Notes under the pieces: model-generated
What the model saw: the letters and a program-made list of their open reading frames with translations, nothing else
What the model was told of the DNA's origin: nothing
The model's database searches: none
In this document: positions 27,740 through 36,790 of the stretch, one piece after another
How the letters are laid out: the number at the start of each line of letters is the position of its first letter
How positions within the stretch are numbered: the stretch's first letter is position 1
Source: Candidatus Omnitrophota bacterium
GTDB taxonomy: Bacteria > Omnitrophota > Gorgyraeia > Zapsychrales > JANLHA01
Assembly (NCBI GenBank): GCA_020632535.1
Contig: JACKFJ010000003.1
Location: forward strand, 230,166 to 294,165
DNA length: 64,000 nt
Direction of reading: 5' to 3'
Translations under genes and position numbers: made by a program

Positions 27740-30232
27740 ATGAAAGCTAAATTTAATAAAGTTTGTATTTTTTTATTTTTCTTTACTGGCGCGGCCTTAG
27801 CAAATTCGCCTACGGTCTATGCCGACCAGCAAGAAGAAGAACTCTTTCTCGTTGCTGAAAAATCCTTCGATGATGGCTTTTACGATGTGGCCATGCGCTA
27901 TGTCGAGCAGTTTCAGCAAAAATATCCCAACTCACAAAAAAGTGTGCAGGCCAAACTGCTTTTAGGGCAGTGTTACTTTTTTAAAAATCAGTATTTAAAA
28001 GCCTTTGAAATCTTTCAGTCCCTTTCGCAATATACAGAATTTCGCGACGCGACGCTATTTTGGCTTGGCGAAACCTACTTTAAGGGTGGTGATTTTAAGC
28101 AAGCAGAAAAAAATTATCAACAGCTCATCAATACATACGCGAATTCAAACTATATCCCCCAAGGGCTTTATTCGCTCGGCTGGACATATTTTGAACAGAC
28201 ACGCTATAAAGACGCGAAAGATATATTTGCCAAACTCATTGCCCGTTTTCCGACTCACAGTTTAAGCGAAGAAGCGGCGTTCAAAATGGGCGAATGCAGC
28301 CATAATGCTGGAGAACACGAAGTGGCCATCAAATACTTTAAAGACTTTGTCACAATTTATCCAAAATCCAATCGCATTACGGAAGCCTATTTTTTTATCG
28401 CTGAATCCTACTACAACGATCAAGACTACCTGACCGCGGTCAATTTTTATGCGCAAGCCGCAAATAAAGCCTATGATCCCAAAATCACCGTTCTTTCTAA
28501 ACTTGGTATGGGATGGAGTTATTTAAAATTACAAAAGTTTGATCTCTCGCTAAAAAGTTTTCAAGAGGCAGATACCGTCGCGCGGGAGAAAAATATTCCT
28601 TCGGAAGATATCCTTCTGGGGTTGGCAACCCTTTACGCTGATGCGGGGGACAATCAAAAAGCAGGGGAGACGTATCAAAAGATGATTACGCAATATCCAC
28701 AAAGTCCCCACTTAGCCGAAGCTTTTCTTGGCAAAGCCAATTGCGATTATGCTCTTACCAAATACTCTGATGCCGTTACAAGCTATCAGCATTTGATTCA
28801 AAGTTTTGCCAAAAATACATCACAAACTGAAGTCGTTGAAAAAGCTTATTACGGCTTAGCATGGACATACTTAAAAAGTGGTAAGACCGATTTGGCCATT
28901 CAAAGCTTTCAAGATATCGTCACAAAATCGACAAGCAAAATCGCCCGCGTCAGCGCTTTAACGCAAATCGCAGATGCTTATCAAGAAATCAATCAGCTTG
29001 ATAAAGCAGTCGAAATTTATGACCAAATTCTTCGCGAATATCCCGATACCATTTATACGGATTACGCACAATTCCGTCAAGGAATCACGCTTTTAAAAGC
29101 CAATAAAATCGAAGCCGCAACGCTTTCATTCCAAAGCCTGCAAGCCAATTTTCCCAAAAGCAAATATCTTGAAGAAGTAAAATATTATCTCGGATTAGCG
29201 TATTTCAAAAAGGAAGAGTGGGAGCAGGCGATCCGTATGGTTAAAGCCTATATCGACGATCCTAGTGAAAACAAAAACTTTGTTGCCGAGGCTAACTATC
29301 TTTTGGGGCTCGCGAATTTCAACCTCAAAAAATATGAATCGGCACTCATGAATTTCCAAAAAATCGTAAAAAACTTTTCGCAGCAAAAGAGCATGGTTCA
29401 AATTGCCGAACTGTATACCGCTAAATCCTTATTCGCCATGAACAAACCAAAGGATGCACTCGAAAAATTTACCGCAATCACAAAACTATATCCTAAAACT
29501 GATAGCGCCGCGGAAGCATTAGTTTGGCTCGGTGACTATTATCTTGATAAAGCAGCGTTTCCTGAGGCGATTGAATACTATAATCAATTCATCAATTCTT
29601 TTCCTCAAAGTGAAAAAATCAATTTGATTATTTATGAACTTGGACAAAGTTATCAAGGGGCAGGACGACTTGATGAAGCTTTGAATGCTTACAAGCGTGT
29701 TACTGAAAATCCTGATAAGGAAATTTTCGCAAAAGCCAAACTCGCCGTAGCTGATATTTTTTCTCGCGATATGGATCGTCAAACCGCAATCACGACGTAT
29801 CAAAATATTGCCAAAAGCGTTCCAGAATTTAAAAAGGATGCCTTGCTGCGGATTGCCGAAATTTATCGTACGGACAAAGAATATCTGCAAGCCATTAATT
29901 CCTATGAAGAAGCTTTGAATTCCAGCAAAACCTTGTCGAAAAGTGACGCCGCGTCCATTCAATTTGAAATCGGTGATACTTATGAGCTTCTTCACAATTC
30001 AACAAAAGCTGTGGAGTCTTATTTAAAAATCTCCTATCTTTATCCTGATGAGAAGGCTTGGGTCATAAAATCTTATTTACGTCTAGCACGTATTTTTGAA
30101 GATGATTCAAAATGGGAAGAAGCCGCGACAATTTACAAAAAAGTTATTGTTTTTAACACCGATGAAGCCAAATATGCCAAAGAACGATTAGATTGGATTG
30201 CCAGCAACTCAAAAGGATCCCATCATGAATGA
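27740..30232 (+). CDS. secreted multi-TPR repeat protein (YbgF/CpoB-like repeats)
   Basis: 830 aa. Signal peptide MKAKFNKVCIFLFFFTGAALANSPTVYA. Repeated A..Y.LG..Y TPR-like units throughout. The stop overlaps the exbB-like start. Confidence 0.8.
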   Translation: MKAKFNKVCIFLFFFTGAALANSPTVYADQQEEELFLVAEKSFDDGFYDVAMRYVEQFQQKYPNSQKSVQAKLLLGQCYFFKNQYLKAFEIFQSLSQYTEFRDATLFWLGETYFKGGDFKQAEKNYQQLINTYANSNYIPQGLYSLGWTYFEQTRYKDAKDIFAKLIARFPTHSLSEEAAFKMGECSHNAGEHEVAIKYFKDFVTIYPKSNRITEAYFFIAESYYNDQDYLTAVNFYAQAANKAYDPKITVLSKLGMGWSYLKLQKFDLSLKSFQEADTVAREKNIPSEDILLGLATLYADAGDNQKAGETYQKMITQYPQSPHLAEAFLGKANCDYALTKYSDAVTSYQHLIQSFAKNTSQTEVVEKAYYGLAWTYLKSGKTDLAIQSFQDIVTKSTSKIARVSALTQIADAYQEINQLDKAVEIYDQILREYPDTIYTDYAQFRQGITLLKANKIEAATLSFQSLQANFPKSKYLEEVKYYLGLAYFKKEEWEQAIRMVKAYIDDPSENKNFVAEANYLLGLANFNLKKYESALMNFQKIVKNFSQQKSMVQIAELYTAKSLFAMNKPKDALEKFTAITKLYPKTDSAAEALVWLGDYYLDKAAFPEAIEYYNQFINSFPQSEKINLIIYELGQSYQGAGRLDEALNAYKRVTENPDKEIFAKAKLAVADIFSRDMDRQTAITTYQNIAKSVPEFKKDALLRIAEIYRTDKEYLQAINSYEEALNSSKTLSKSDAASIQFEIGDTYELLHNSTKAVESYLKISYLYPDEKAWVIKSYLRLARIFEDDSKWEEAATIYKKVIVFNTDEAKYAKERLDWIASNSKGSHHE

Positions 30233-30893
30233 AATAAGCGCACAACAATTACTTTTTGCCGGAGGGCCCATCATGGTCCCAATCATCCTTTGTTCAATCG
30301 CCGCTATAACAATTACGATCAACAAGGGTCTTTACTTTAAACGAATCCATACTGATGTGGCCTTACTAAAATCGAAAACCTTTTCCCTTATTCGTGATAA
30401 TAAAATCAAAGATGCCGTCGCTCTTTGTGAAAATAATCCAGCGCCGGCCGCCCGTATTCTCAAAGCCGGACTTCTCAAATTCGGTTCTTCCCGTGATGAA
30501 ATCAAAGACGCGATTGAATATGCCGCGTCGCTAGAAGTCCCAAATCTCGAAAAAGGCCTGATGCCATTGATCACAATCGCCAACATTACACCTTTATTCG
30601 GCATCGTTGGAACTGTTCTGGGAATGACGATCATTTTTCAAACAATCCAAGCCCAAAATGCTGGCATGCATCCCTTGACACCATCAGATCTCTTCGGAGG
30701 CATTTGGCAAGCACTTTTGACAACACTTGCAGGTCTCATCGTTGCCATTCCAACATTTGTCACATACAATTATTTTTTAAGCCGTGTAGGACGATGTCTG
30801 AATCAAATGGAACAAATCGGGGGAGAGCTAATCAATTTGCTAACACGTTTAAACGAGTCAAACAGCAGCCAAATCGCAGACCCGCTCGAATAA
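30225..30893 (+). CDS. MotA/TolQ/ExbB-family proton-channel protein
   Basis: ITPLFGIVGTVLGMTIIFQTI and LLTTLAGLIVAIP blocks typical of ExbB/TolQ. ATG at 30225 preceded by AAAAGGA; 8-nt overlap with the TPR gene. Confidence 0.85.
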   Translation: MNEISAQQLLFAGGPIMVPIILCSIAAITITINKGLYFKRIHTDVALLKSKTFSLIRDNKIKDAVALCENNPAPAARILKAGLLKFGSSRDEIKDAIEYAASLEVPNLEKGLMPLITIANITPLFGIVGTVLGMTIIFQTIQAQNAGMHPLTPSDLFGGIWQALLTTLAGLIVAIPTFVTYNYFLSRVGRCLNQMEQIGGELINLLTRLNESNSSQIADPLE

Positions 30894-30894
30894 C

Positions 30895-31299
30895 ATGAAA
30901 TTCAAATGTCAACTCAAAGTCGCAACCGGCCTTTTGCCGATCACATTCGCGCCAATCCTTAATTTGATATTACTGCTAATCATGTTTCTCATGCTCACAC
31001 CGTTTATTAGTTATCCGACGTCGATTCATACGTACCTCCCAAGAACCATCACAAGCGATATCGTTCCTGAACACACAACAACAATTACAATCACCAGCGA
31101 AGATATTATTTATTTTGAAAATGGAATTTTGACAGATAAGGAACTCCGCAAGATTCTTCAAACGCCGTCGTTAAAAAAGCAGCCTATTCTCATTAAAGCC
31201 GACGGACGTTCGTCATTGGCACGCGTCATTGACGTCTGGAATGTCTGCCGTGAGCTCGGCCTAGAACGAGTAAACATCGCGACCACAATGAGCAAATAA
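30895..31299 (+). CDS. ExbD/TolR-family protein (atypical: Asn at the conserved membrane Asp position)
   Basis: 134 aa. TM segment FAPILNLILLLIMFLML aligns with E. coli ExbD TPFIDVMLVLLIIFMV. The periplasmic part PILIKADGRSSLARVIDVWNVCRELGLERVNI fits the ExbD fold pattern. Confidence 0.8.
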   Translation: MKFKCQLKVATGLLPITFAPILNLILLLIMFLMLTPFISYPTSIHTYLPRTITSDIVPEHTTTITITSEDIIYFENGILTDKELRKILQTPSLKKQPILIKADGRSSLARVIDVWNVCRELGLERVNIATTMSK

Positions 31300-31307
31300 C
31301 AACCACC

Positions 31308-31742
31308 ATGCAGAATTACACTCAACAGAATTTCTTTAACCCTTTGAGCATTGGGCTTATCACATCACTTGTATTACATTTTTTATTTTTTCATTCGATT
31401 ACTTTTAAATTCAACCCGCTCATAAGACCAACTCATACCGAGATCACTTTTTTGGGCGCGATTCTCGATCCCTTTGAAGTCGAAGAAATCAAATCCAAGC
31501 GATCACTATCCAAAACGATCTCTGCCGATTTAGCAAGAATACCCGAACCATCCGGTCGTGCCATTACAGCACCGGCCAAACCCAGCATGACTAGTGGCAT
31601 AAACACGAATCGTTCTAAAGTTGTATTCCGTGAACGCGTTCAACCGCCAGCCAAGCCACAAGAAAAAAACTCTAAAAATGAAAATTTGATCGAAAAAGAT
31701 TTTTCCATAAAACCATATAAAAAATTAAGGTTATATCAATGA
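31308..31742 (+). CDS. TonB/TolA-like N-terminal membrane anchor protein lacking a recognisable C-terminal domain
   Basis: 144 aa. Single N-terminal TM segment LITSLVLHFLFF with the S-x3-H spacing of the TonB/TolA signal anchor. Pro/Lys-rich middle (QPPAKPQEK). No TonB C-terminal motif seen. Confidence 0.45.
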   Translation: MQNYTQQNFFNPLSIGLITSLVLHFLFFHSITFKFNPLIRPTHTEITFLGAILDPFEVEEIKSKRSLSKTISADLARIPEPSGRAITAPAKPSMTSGINTNRSKVVFRERVQPPAKPQEKNSKNENLIEKDFSIKPYKKLRLYQ

Positions 31743-31990
31743 TCCAAATTGATTTTGCCTGGACCATAACATTTTTAATTTCTCTCATACCATTGCTTGT
31801 ATTGTGGTTATGGATATTCTATACTACTGATTGTAGTCAAACAGAAAACGAATCATCTGATTTGGAGCAATGTCCGTTTTGCACATATTTATTTTTCAAA
31901 TTCACAATCAAAACATTTGTCATTTGTCCTCGTTGCAAAAGTCTTATTAATGCAGACGAAAATGTTAAGACAAATCCGGAGATAACATGA
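31739..31990 (+). CDS. small membrane protein with C-terminal four-Cys zinc-ribbon
   Basis: 83 aa; TM segment WTITFLISLIPLLVLWLWIFY, then CPFC-x17-CPRC; ATGA overlaps on both sides. Confidence 0.5.
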   Translation: MIQIDFAWTITFLISLIPLLVLWLWIFYTTDCSQTENESSDLEQCPFCTYLFFKFTIKTFVICPRCKSLINADENVKTNPEIT

Positions 31991-32322
31991 AGAAAATAAA
32001 TTCTTTAAAAAATGATAGTGGCATAATTCTCGTTACAGTTGTTATTTTGGTTCTCGTTTTATCGATTGTTGCCATTGGTGTTATGGGTCTTAACGTAAGT
32101 CAAGTCAAAACTGCATCATCCGTTGTCGACACCATTAAAGCGGAGCAATTAGCCACTGGGCTTCTTTTTCAAGATCATCAGCGTAAAATTGATGGTACTG
32201 GGACAACTCCCACTTCAATTACAATCGGTTCCACAACTTATGCCATCAACCGCAGCGAAACAGCAGGGAGTGGCGCGACGCCCAACAACGCGAACCAGAT
32301 CCAGTTTAATATTTCGTATTAA
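31987..32322 (+). CDS. PilX-N-like minor pilus/pseudopilus component
   Basis: 111 aa. N-terminus SGIILVTVVILVLVLSIVAIGVMGLN resembles the PilX N-terminal segment (no G/FTLxE cleavage motif). Thr/Ser/Gly-rich C-terminus. Confidence 0.45.
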   Translation: MKKINSLKNDSGIILVTVVILVLVLSIVAIGVMGLNVSQVKTASSVVDTIKAEQLATGLLFQDHQRKIDGTGTTPTSITIGSTTYAINRSETAGSGATPNNANQIQFNISY

Positions 32323-32471
32323 TGTCATTCCCTTCATAAAATCATCCGAATATTTTTGATAATTAACTTTATTTCAAAGAACATCTCCCTTATAATGAAA
32401 TCCAATTGATCACGTCTGTTGCTTCACAACAGATTAAACATGTACTATTACCCTAGTGATAACACTATAAA

Positions 32472-34016
32472 ATGTTTTTCTCGAAATCATCGACTGAAAA
32501 AAGCCAGCTAGGCATCTACTGGGGCAAAGACGCTTTTTGTTTTGTTGAAAGCAAAAAAGGTCAGCCTGATAAAATTGCCTATGTTAATTTTGATACACCA
32601 ATCGCAGGAGATCAGGGACAAAAAATCCCCGAAGGGCTGCGCTTAACTGCTTTAATTCAGCAAGTTATCCGTGAAAAGAAATTCACCTGCAAAAAAATAA
32701 ATCTTTCCCTCTCCGTTAAGGATGTCATTTATCGTTCATTCGTCATTCCCTTCATGCAGCCGGCAGAAGTCAAAAGCGTTGTTGACTTTGAAGCGACAAA
32801 ATACATTCCGATCAAACTGGAAGATTTAGCTTACACATTTCATGCAATCCCTTTTAGCGAAGGAGATCAGAAAAACTTACGTATTTTGTTTGTCGCGACA
32901 CGCAAAAATAGCGTTGAACGATACACCAACATTCTACAACAATCTGGATTAGAAACTGAATTCATTGAACCCGCATCGGTCAGCTTAATTCGCATTTTAC
33001 AAAAACAAGGACATATCCCCAAACAACAGGCTACTGGTATCATCGAAATCGAAAATGAAGGCGGTCGAATCACCGTAACAGATAAAGATGTCATTCAATT
33101 CGTCAGAGAGTTTCAATCGTCAATTGAAGGTACCGGACTTCCGGCAGAAAACGCAAAATTCTTCAATGACATTCATGTCGCTTTTAATTTTTATCAAAGA
33201 CAAAATCCGCAAGGAAAATTAGATCGCATTCTCACGTTATCAACAAATGATCTTAGCCCACTTGCAGCTGGATTAAGTCAGGAGTTTAAAGTCCCTGCAA
33301 CATCTTTAACCGTCGCAAAAATTCTTAAAACGGAGCAAATCAGCGACTCAGGGATGTTGAGTGCCGCCGGAGCGGCGATCCGCGAAAAGGCATCGACCAG
33401 TAAAAATTTTGATTTGACGACCAAAATCAAAACTAATAAAACTGGACTTGAAAGCAGCGGTGTTTTTGCAAATTGGAATTTAAAACTATTAGGTATTTGT
33501 GTTGGAGCTTCGATCGCTTTAATTTATTTAACGTCGTTGTGGTCGACAAGCTCAATTGCAGATGCCAAAAAACGTTCTGCAAATTTATCAAAAAAACTCG
33601 GTATTTATGAATCGTCTCCAAAAGAAAAAATTACCGAACTTAAGGACGGTGTTGTTAGTAAGCTCAATCAATATCAAGATGTTCGCACAAAAAGTAATAT
33701 CACATACTATTTAAAGAAAATCCCAAAGATGTTGCCACCTGGCGCATGGCTTAACAATTTTAATATTGAATATTACGAAGGGGCCGAGACCCAGGATGGT
33801 ATTCTTAGACGTGTTTCAAACGTAGCGCTTTCGATGGATGGCTATATTTATCTACCCACGTCTAATGAGCAACTTCGCCAAATCAATACTATGGTCGCAA
33901 AGATGAAAAATGACAAAGAACTATCAAAACTTTTTAAAGAAATCGTTTTAGCAAATGTTAAACAGGAAAATTTCAATAATTATTCTGTAACCAATTTCAG
34001 GATCGGCTGCAAATAG
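32472..34016 (+). CDS. PilM-PilN fusion (GspL/MshI-like) inner-membrane assembly protein
   Basis: 514 aa. N-terminal ~320 aa with a PilM/actin-like pattern (LGIYWGKDAFCFVE..., FEATKYIPI). Single TM segment LLGICVGASIALIYLTSLW. ~150-aa periplasmic domain. Confidence 0.6.
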   Translation: MFFSKSSTEKSQLGIYWGKDAFCFVESKKGQPDKIAYVNFDTPIAGDQGQKIPEGLRLTALIQQVIREKKFTCKKINLSLSVKDVIYRSFVIPFMQPAEVKSVVDFEATKYIPIKLEDLAYTFHAIPFSEGDQKNLRILFVATRKNSVERYTNILQQSGLETEFIEPASVSLIRILQKQGHIPKQQATGIIEIENEGGRITVTDKDVIQFVREFQSSIEGTGLPAENAKFFNDIHVAFNFYQRQNPQGKLDRILTLSTNDLSPLAAGLSQEFKVPATSLTVAKILKTEQISDSGMLSAAGAAIREKASTSKNFDLTTKIKTNKTGLESSGVFANWNLKLLGICVGASIALIYLTSLWSTSSIADAKKRSANLSKKLGIYESSPKEKITELKDGVVSKLNQYQDVRTKSNITYYLKKIPKMLPPGAWLNNFNIEYYEGAETQDGILRRVSNVALSMDGYIYLPTSNEQLRQINTMVAKMKNDKELSKLFKEIVLANVKQENFNNYSVTNFRIGCK

Positions 34017-34019
34017 AAT

Positions 34020-34667
34020 ATGCCTCCGCAACCACCCAAAAAAATCACGAGTCTGCATCAAATTGATATTTCCAAATTGGATGTCAAGGATCTGCAGAAT
34101 ATTGATTTTCAAAAAATCCTGAAAGATGCGCGTCAACGTCCAGACACGGCTATTGCTTTTGCTGTTCCAATACTCGCTCTTTTCATATGCTTCAATATAT
34201 TTACAAAATCACAAAATGAGAGAAGAATTGTTACAACTAAAATCAAGGAAATGGAAGCCAAAGTCAAATTGGTCGATGAATACAATACCGCTCAGGAAGA
34301 ATTTCAAACATTTTTGGATACCATGCCAGCAAAAATTACGGAAGATGAATTTATTACTAAAATTACCGATTTTGCTGTGAAGAACCACGTGCAGATCGAA
34401 TCATTCTCTCCAGCTCAAAACAAGAGCGATCCCATTTACGATTTAAAATTAATTAACTTGACTGCAAACGCCCAAGATTTCAATGATATGGGACATTTTA
34501 TTCAAGATATTGAAAATTCCGGTTTATCGATTCGAATCAATAGCTGGAATGGCAATATGGGGCCGCAAGCACAAGGCGGAGCACGCCGCGCAATCGATCC
34601 CAATAATCCAAACGGACTCGTCATTAATTTTCGTCTCGAAGTCGCCTCAGTGACATTTAAACAATGA
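34020..34667 (+). CDS. PilO/GspM/MshJ-like bitopic assembly protein
   Basis: 215 aa; cytoplasmic N-terminus, TM segment AIAFAVPILALFICFNIFT, coiled-coil segment, periplasmic ferredoxin-like-sized domain; position between PilMN and the secretin. Confidence 0.5.
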   Translation: MPPQPPKKITSLHQIDISKLDVKDLQNIDFQKILKDARQRPDTAIAFAVPILALFICFNIFTKSQNERRIVTTKIKEMEAKVKLVDEYNTAQEEFQTFLDTMPAKITEDEFITKITDFAVKNHVQIESFSPAQNKSDPIYDLKLINLTANAQDFNDMGHFIQDIENSGLSIRINSWNGNMGPQAQGGARRAIDPNNPNGLVINFRLEVASVTFKQ

Positions 34668-35221
34668 AAAAATTATTCATAACAACCGCCTTTACCTTTT
34701 TGCTTCTAAACCCGCTTTTGGTTTATGCTCAAAATATTTCGCAATCACCCATTACACAATTAAAATCAATCATTCAAACACCGCCACCGGACCCATTACA
34801 AACTACCCTTGAGAAAATCAACCAAAATAAAAATCAAAAAAATTCAAGAACTGACGACGATTCTGAAGAAGAAACACAAATAGAGATATTTATCAATCCC
34901 TTTGTTCCACAGATTCCAAAAGATATTAAGCCAGTCGCGGTGAACCCGCAAAACGACAACCAAAATTTGCAAACTCAACCAGTTCCCGTTATCCCTACGC
35001 CACAATTTATTGTTTCCGGATTAATTTGGAACAGTAAAAAACCAGCCGCGATTATGAACGGTCAAGTCGTAGCGATTGGTGATCAGGTAAGCAACTGGGC
35101 TATTTCTGAAATCACAAAAGATGGTGTTCGCGTCTCATATGAAGACCGCAGTTTATGGATTAAACCCATTGTAGATCCCATGAGCCAGCCGCAACAGGCA
35201 ACTCCGGGAAGACGATTTTGA
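34664..35221 (+). CDS. PilP/GspB(T2SSB)/MshK-like periplasmic secretin-associated protein
   Basis: 185 aa. Signal peptide, Pro/Gln/Asn-rich linker, C-terminal block FIVSGLIWNSKKPAAIMNGQVVAIGDQVSNWAISEITKDGVRVSYEDRSLWI typical of PilP/GspB-type domains. Confidence 0.55.
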   Translation: MKKLFITTAFTFLLLNPLLVYAQNISQSPITQLKSIIQTPPPDPLQTTLEKINQNKNQKNSRTDDDSEEETQIEIFINPFVPQIPKDIKPVAVNPQNDNQNLQTQPVPVIPTPQFIVSGLIWNSKKPAAIMNGQVVAIGDQVSNWAISEITKDGVRVSYEDRSLWIKPIVDPMSQPQQATPGRRF

Positions 35222-35250
35222 ACAGTACAAGACAGGACAAAGGAGTCATT

Positions 35251-36789
35251 ATGTTGAAAAAAAATCTTATCATATTATTTCTAGGATGCACAATACTTTA
35301 CAGTACGAACATAGCGATCGCTGCTGATATTGATATCGACACTTCAAGCTCATTTCTTTATCCTGGATTCTCGAAAAAAATATCCATGGATTTTCAAGAC
35401 GCGTCTTTAGTCGATGTCTTAAAAATATTTTCACAGCAGACAAGTATTAATCTCATATCGTCAGAAGAGATCGCTGGAAAGCGTGTTACCGTATATCTTG
35501 ACAATGTTCCAGTCGAACAAGCCCTTGAACAAGTTTTACGGGCCAACAGCTTGACATATGAATTACAACCCGATAGTAATATCTACATTGTCAAACCCCT
35601 CGCAAAACCCGAAATTGAACTCTTAACCCGTGTTTATCTACTCAAACATGCCAGCGTCAGTACGGCACGCATCGGTAAAACCTTAAAAATTGTTTATACC
35701 GTTGATCAAGGTACTACACAGGAAGTAACCGAAAGCACCAAAGGCGGATCTTCTGGTGGTTCATCTGGAGCAGGCGGAGAAGGAAGTCCTGGTATAATGA
35801 GCGCACTTAAGGGAGTTATTACGGCCAAAGGCACTATCGTTGAAGATAGCCGGACAAACAGTCTGACGATTACCGATATCGCGAGCAATTTTAAAAACAT
35901 TGAAACCGCCTTAGCAAAACTCGACACACCCGTTCCGCAAGTTTTAATTGAAGTCGAAATGCTTGAAGTTTCAAAAGAGGTGGGAGATAAAATCGGTGTC
36001 AAATTTGGCGAAACACCACTAACGTTTAATGGCGGAACGCGCGCTGTACTTTACCCCTGGAATCAGAATAAAATTCTACAAAAAGGTTTTGAATTTGAAG
36101 AGGAGTGGACAGCAGGGACGCTCAGTGCCACGGGGATGACCGCTATCCTACAATTTCTTCAAACACAAAGCGATACCAAAAATTTAGCTAGACCACGAAT
36201 TTTAACACTTAACAATCAGCCAGCACAAATTAAAATTGCAACACAGGAAGCTATTGGTTTAACAGAAAGTACGACATCATCACAAAATTTAGCAACAGCA
36301 ACGAGTTCCGCGGAGCGTGTTGAAACCGGCGTTTTCTTAACCGTCACACCACAGGTCGACATCGTTAATAATGAGATTACCATGGCCGTCGTTCCGAAAG
36401 TCATCACGACCACACCCAGCTCAATTACGACGGGTGGTGTTACCCTCAAAGATCCCGAAGAAAGAGGTTCATTGTCAATTTTGCGCGTAGCCAGCGGTGA
36501 TACAGTTGCACTTGGCGGTTTACTACGTGAAGATCACACAACCGTCGTTACTAAAATACCTTTTCTTGGCGATATTCCCTTTATTGGATCGGCATTCCGT
36601 CATAAAACCGAAAACCTTGAGAATCGTGAATTAATCATCTTTTTAACACCGCATATTCTTGAAGATGGATTACAAAAGAATGCCCAAACACCAAAGCGTC
36701 CGATTTTTCGTGAGCAGACTGAACCTTCCCAAAACCGCTTAGAAACTGTCGAACGCGAATTGTCAAACACTCAAAGAAAAAAATTATAA
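35251..36789 (+). CDS. secretin (PilQ/GspD/MshL family)
   Basis: N0/STN-like block MDFQDASLVDVLKIFSQQTSINL. C-terminal secretin signature GDTVALGGLLRED..TKIPFLGDIPFIGSAFRHK....RELIIFLTPHIL. ATG at 35251 preceded by AAGGAG (the track start at 35218 is TTG). Gly/Ser-rich insert at 35737-35793. Confidence 0.9.
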   Translation: MLKKNLIILFLGCTILYSTNIAIAADIDIDTSSSFLYPGFSKKISMDFQDASLVDVLKIFSQQTSINLISSEEIAGKRVTVYLDNVPVEQALEQVLRANSLTYELQPDSNIYIVKPLAKPEIELLTRVYLLKHASVSTARIGKTLKIVYTVDQGTTQEVTESTKGGSSGGSSGAGGEGSPGIMSALKGVITAKGTIVEDSRTNSLTITDIASNFKNIETALAKLDTPVPQVLIEVEMLEVSKEVGDKIGVKFGETPLTFNGGTRAVLYPWNQNKILQKGFEFEEEWTAGTLSATGMTAILQFLQTQSDTKNLARPRILTLNNQPAQIKIATQEAIGLTESTTSSQNLATATSSAERVETGVFLTVTPQVDIVNNEITMAVVPKVITTTPSSITTGGVTLKDPEERGSLSILRVASGDTVALGGLLREDHTTVVTKIPFLGDIPFIGSAFRHKTENLENRELIIFLTPHILEDGLQKNAQTPKRPIFREQTEPSQNRLETVERELSNTQRKKL

Positions 36790-36790
36790 A

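Noticed and set aside
32324-32337. 14-mer GTCATTCCCTTCAT occurs twice (32324-32337 in the spacer after the PilX-like gene; 32742-32755 inside the PilM-N CDS) and resembles the family A end TGTCATTCCCGC
   Set aside because: A single exact 14-mer repeat is within chance expectation for a 64-kb window read on both strands. No hairpin partner sequence follows either copy. At most a decayed element remnant at 32323.
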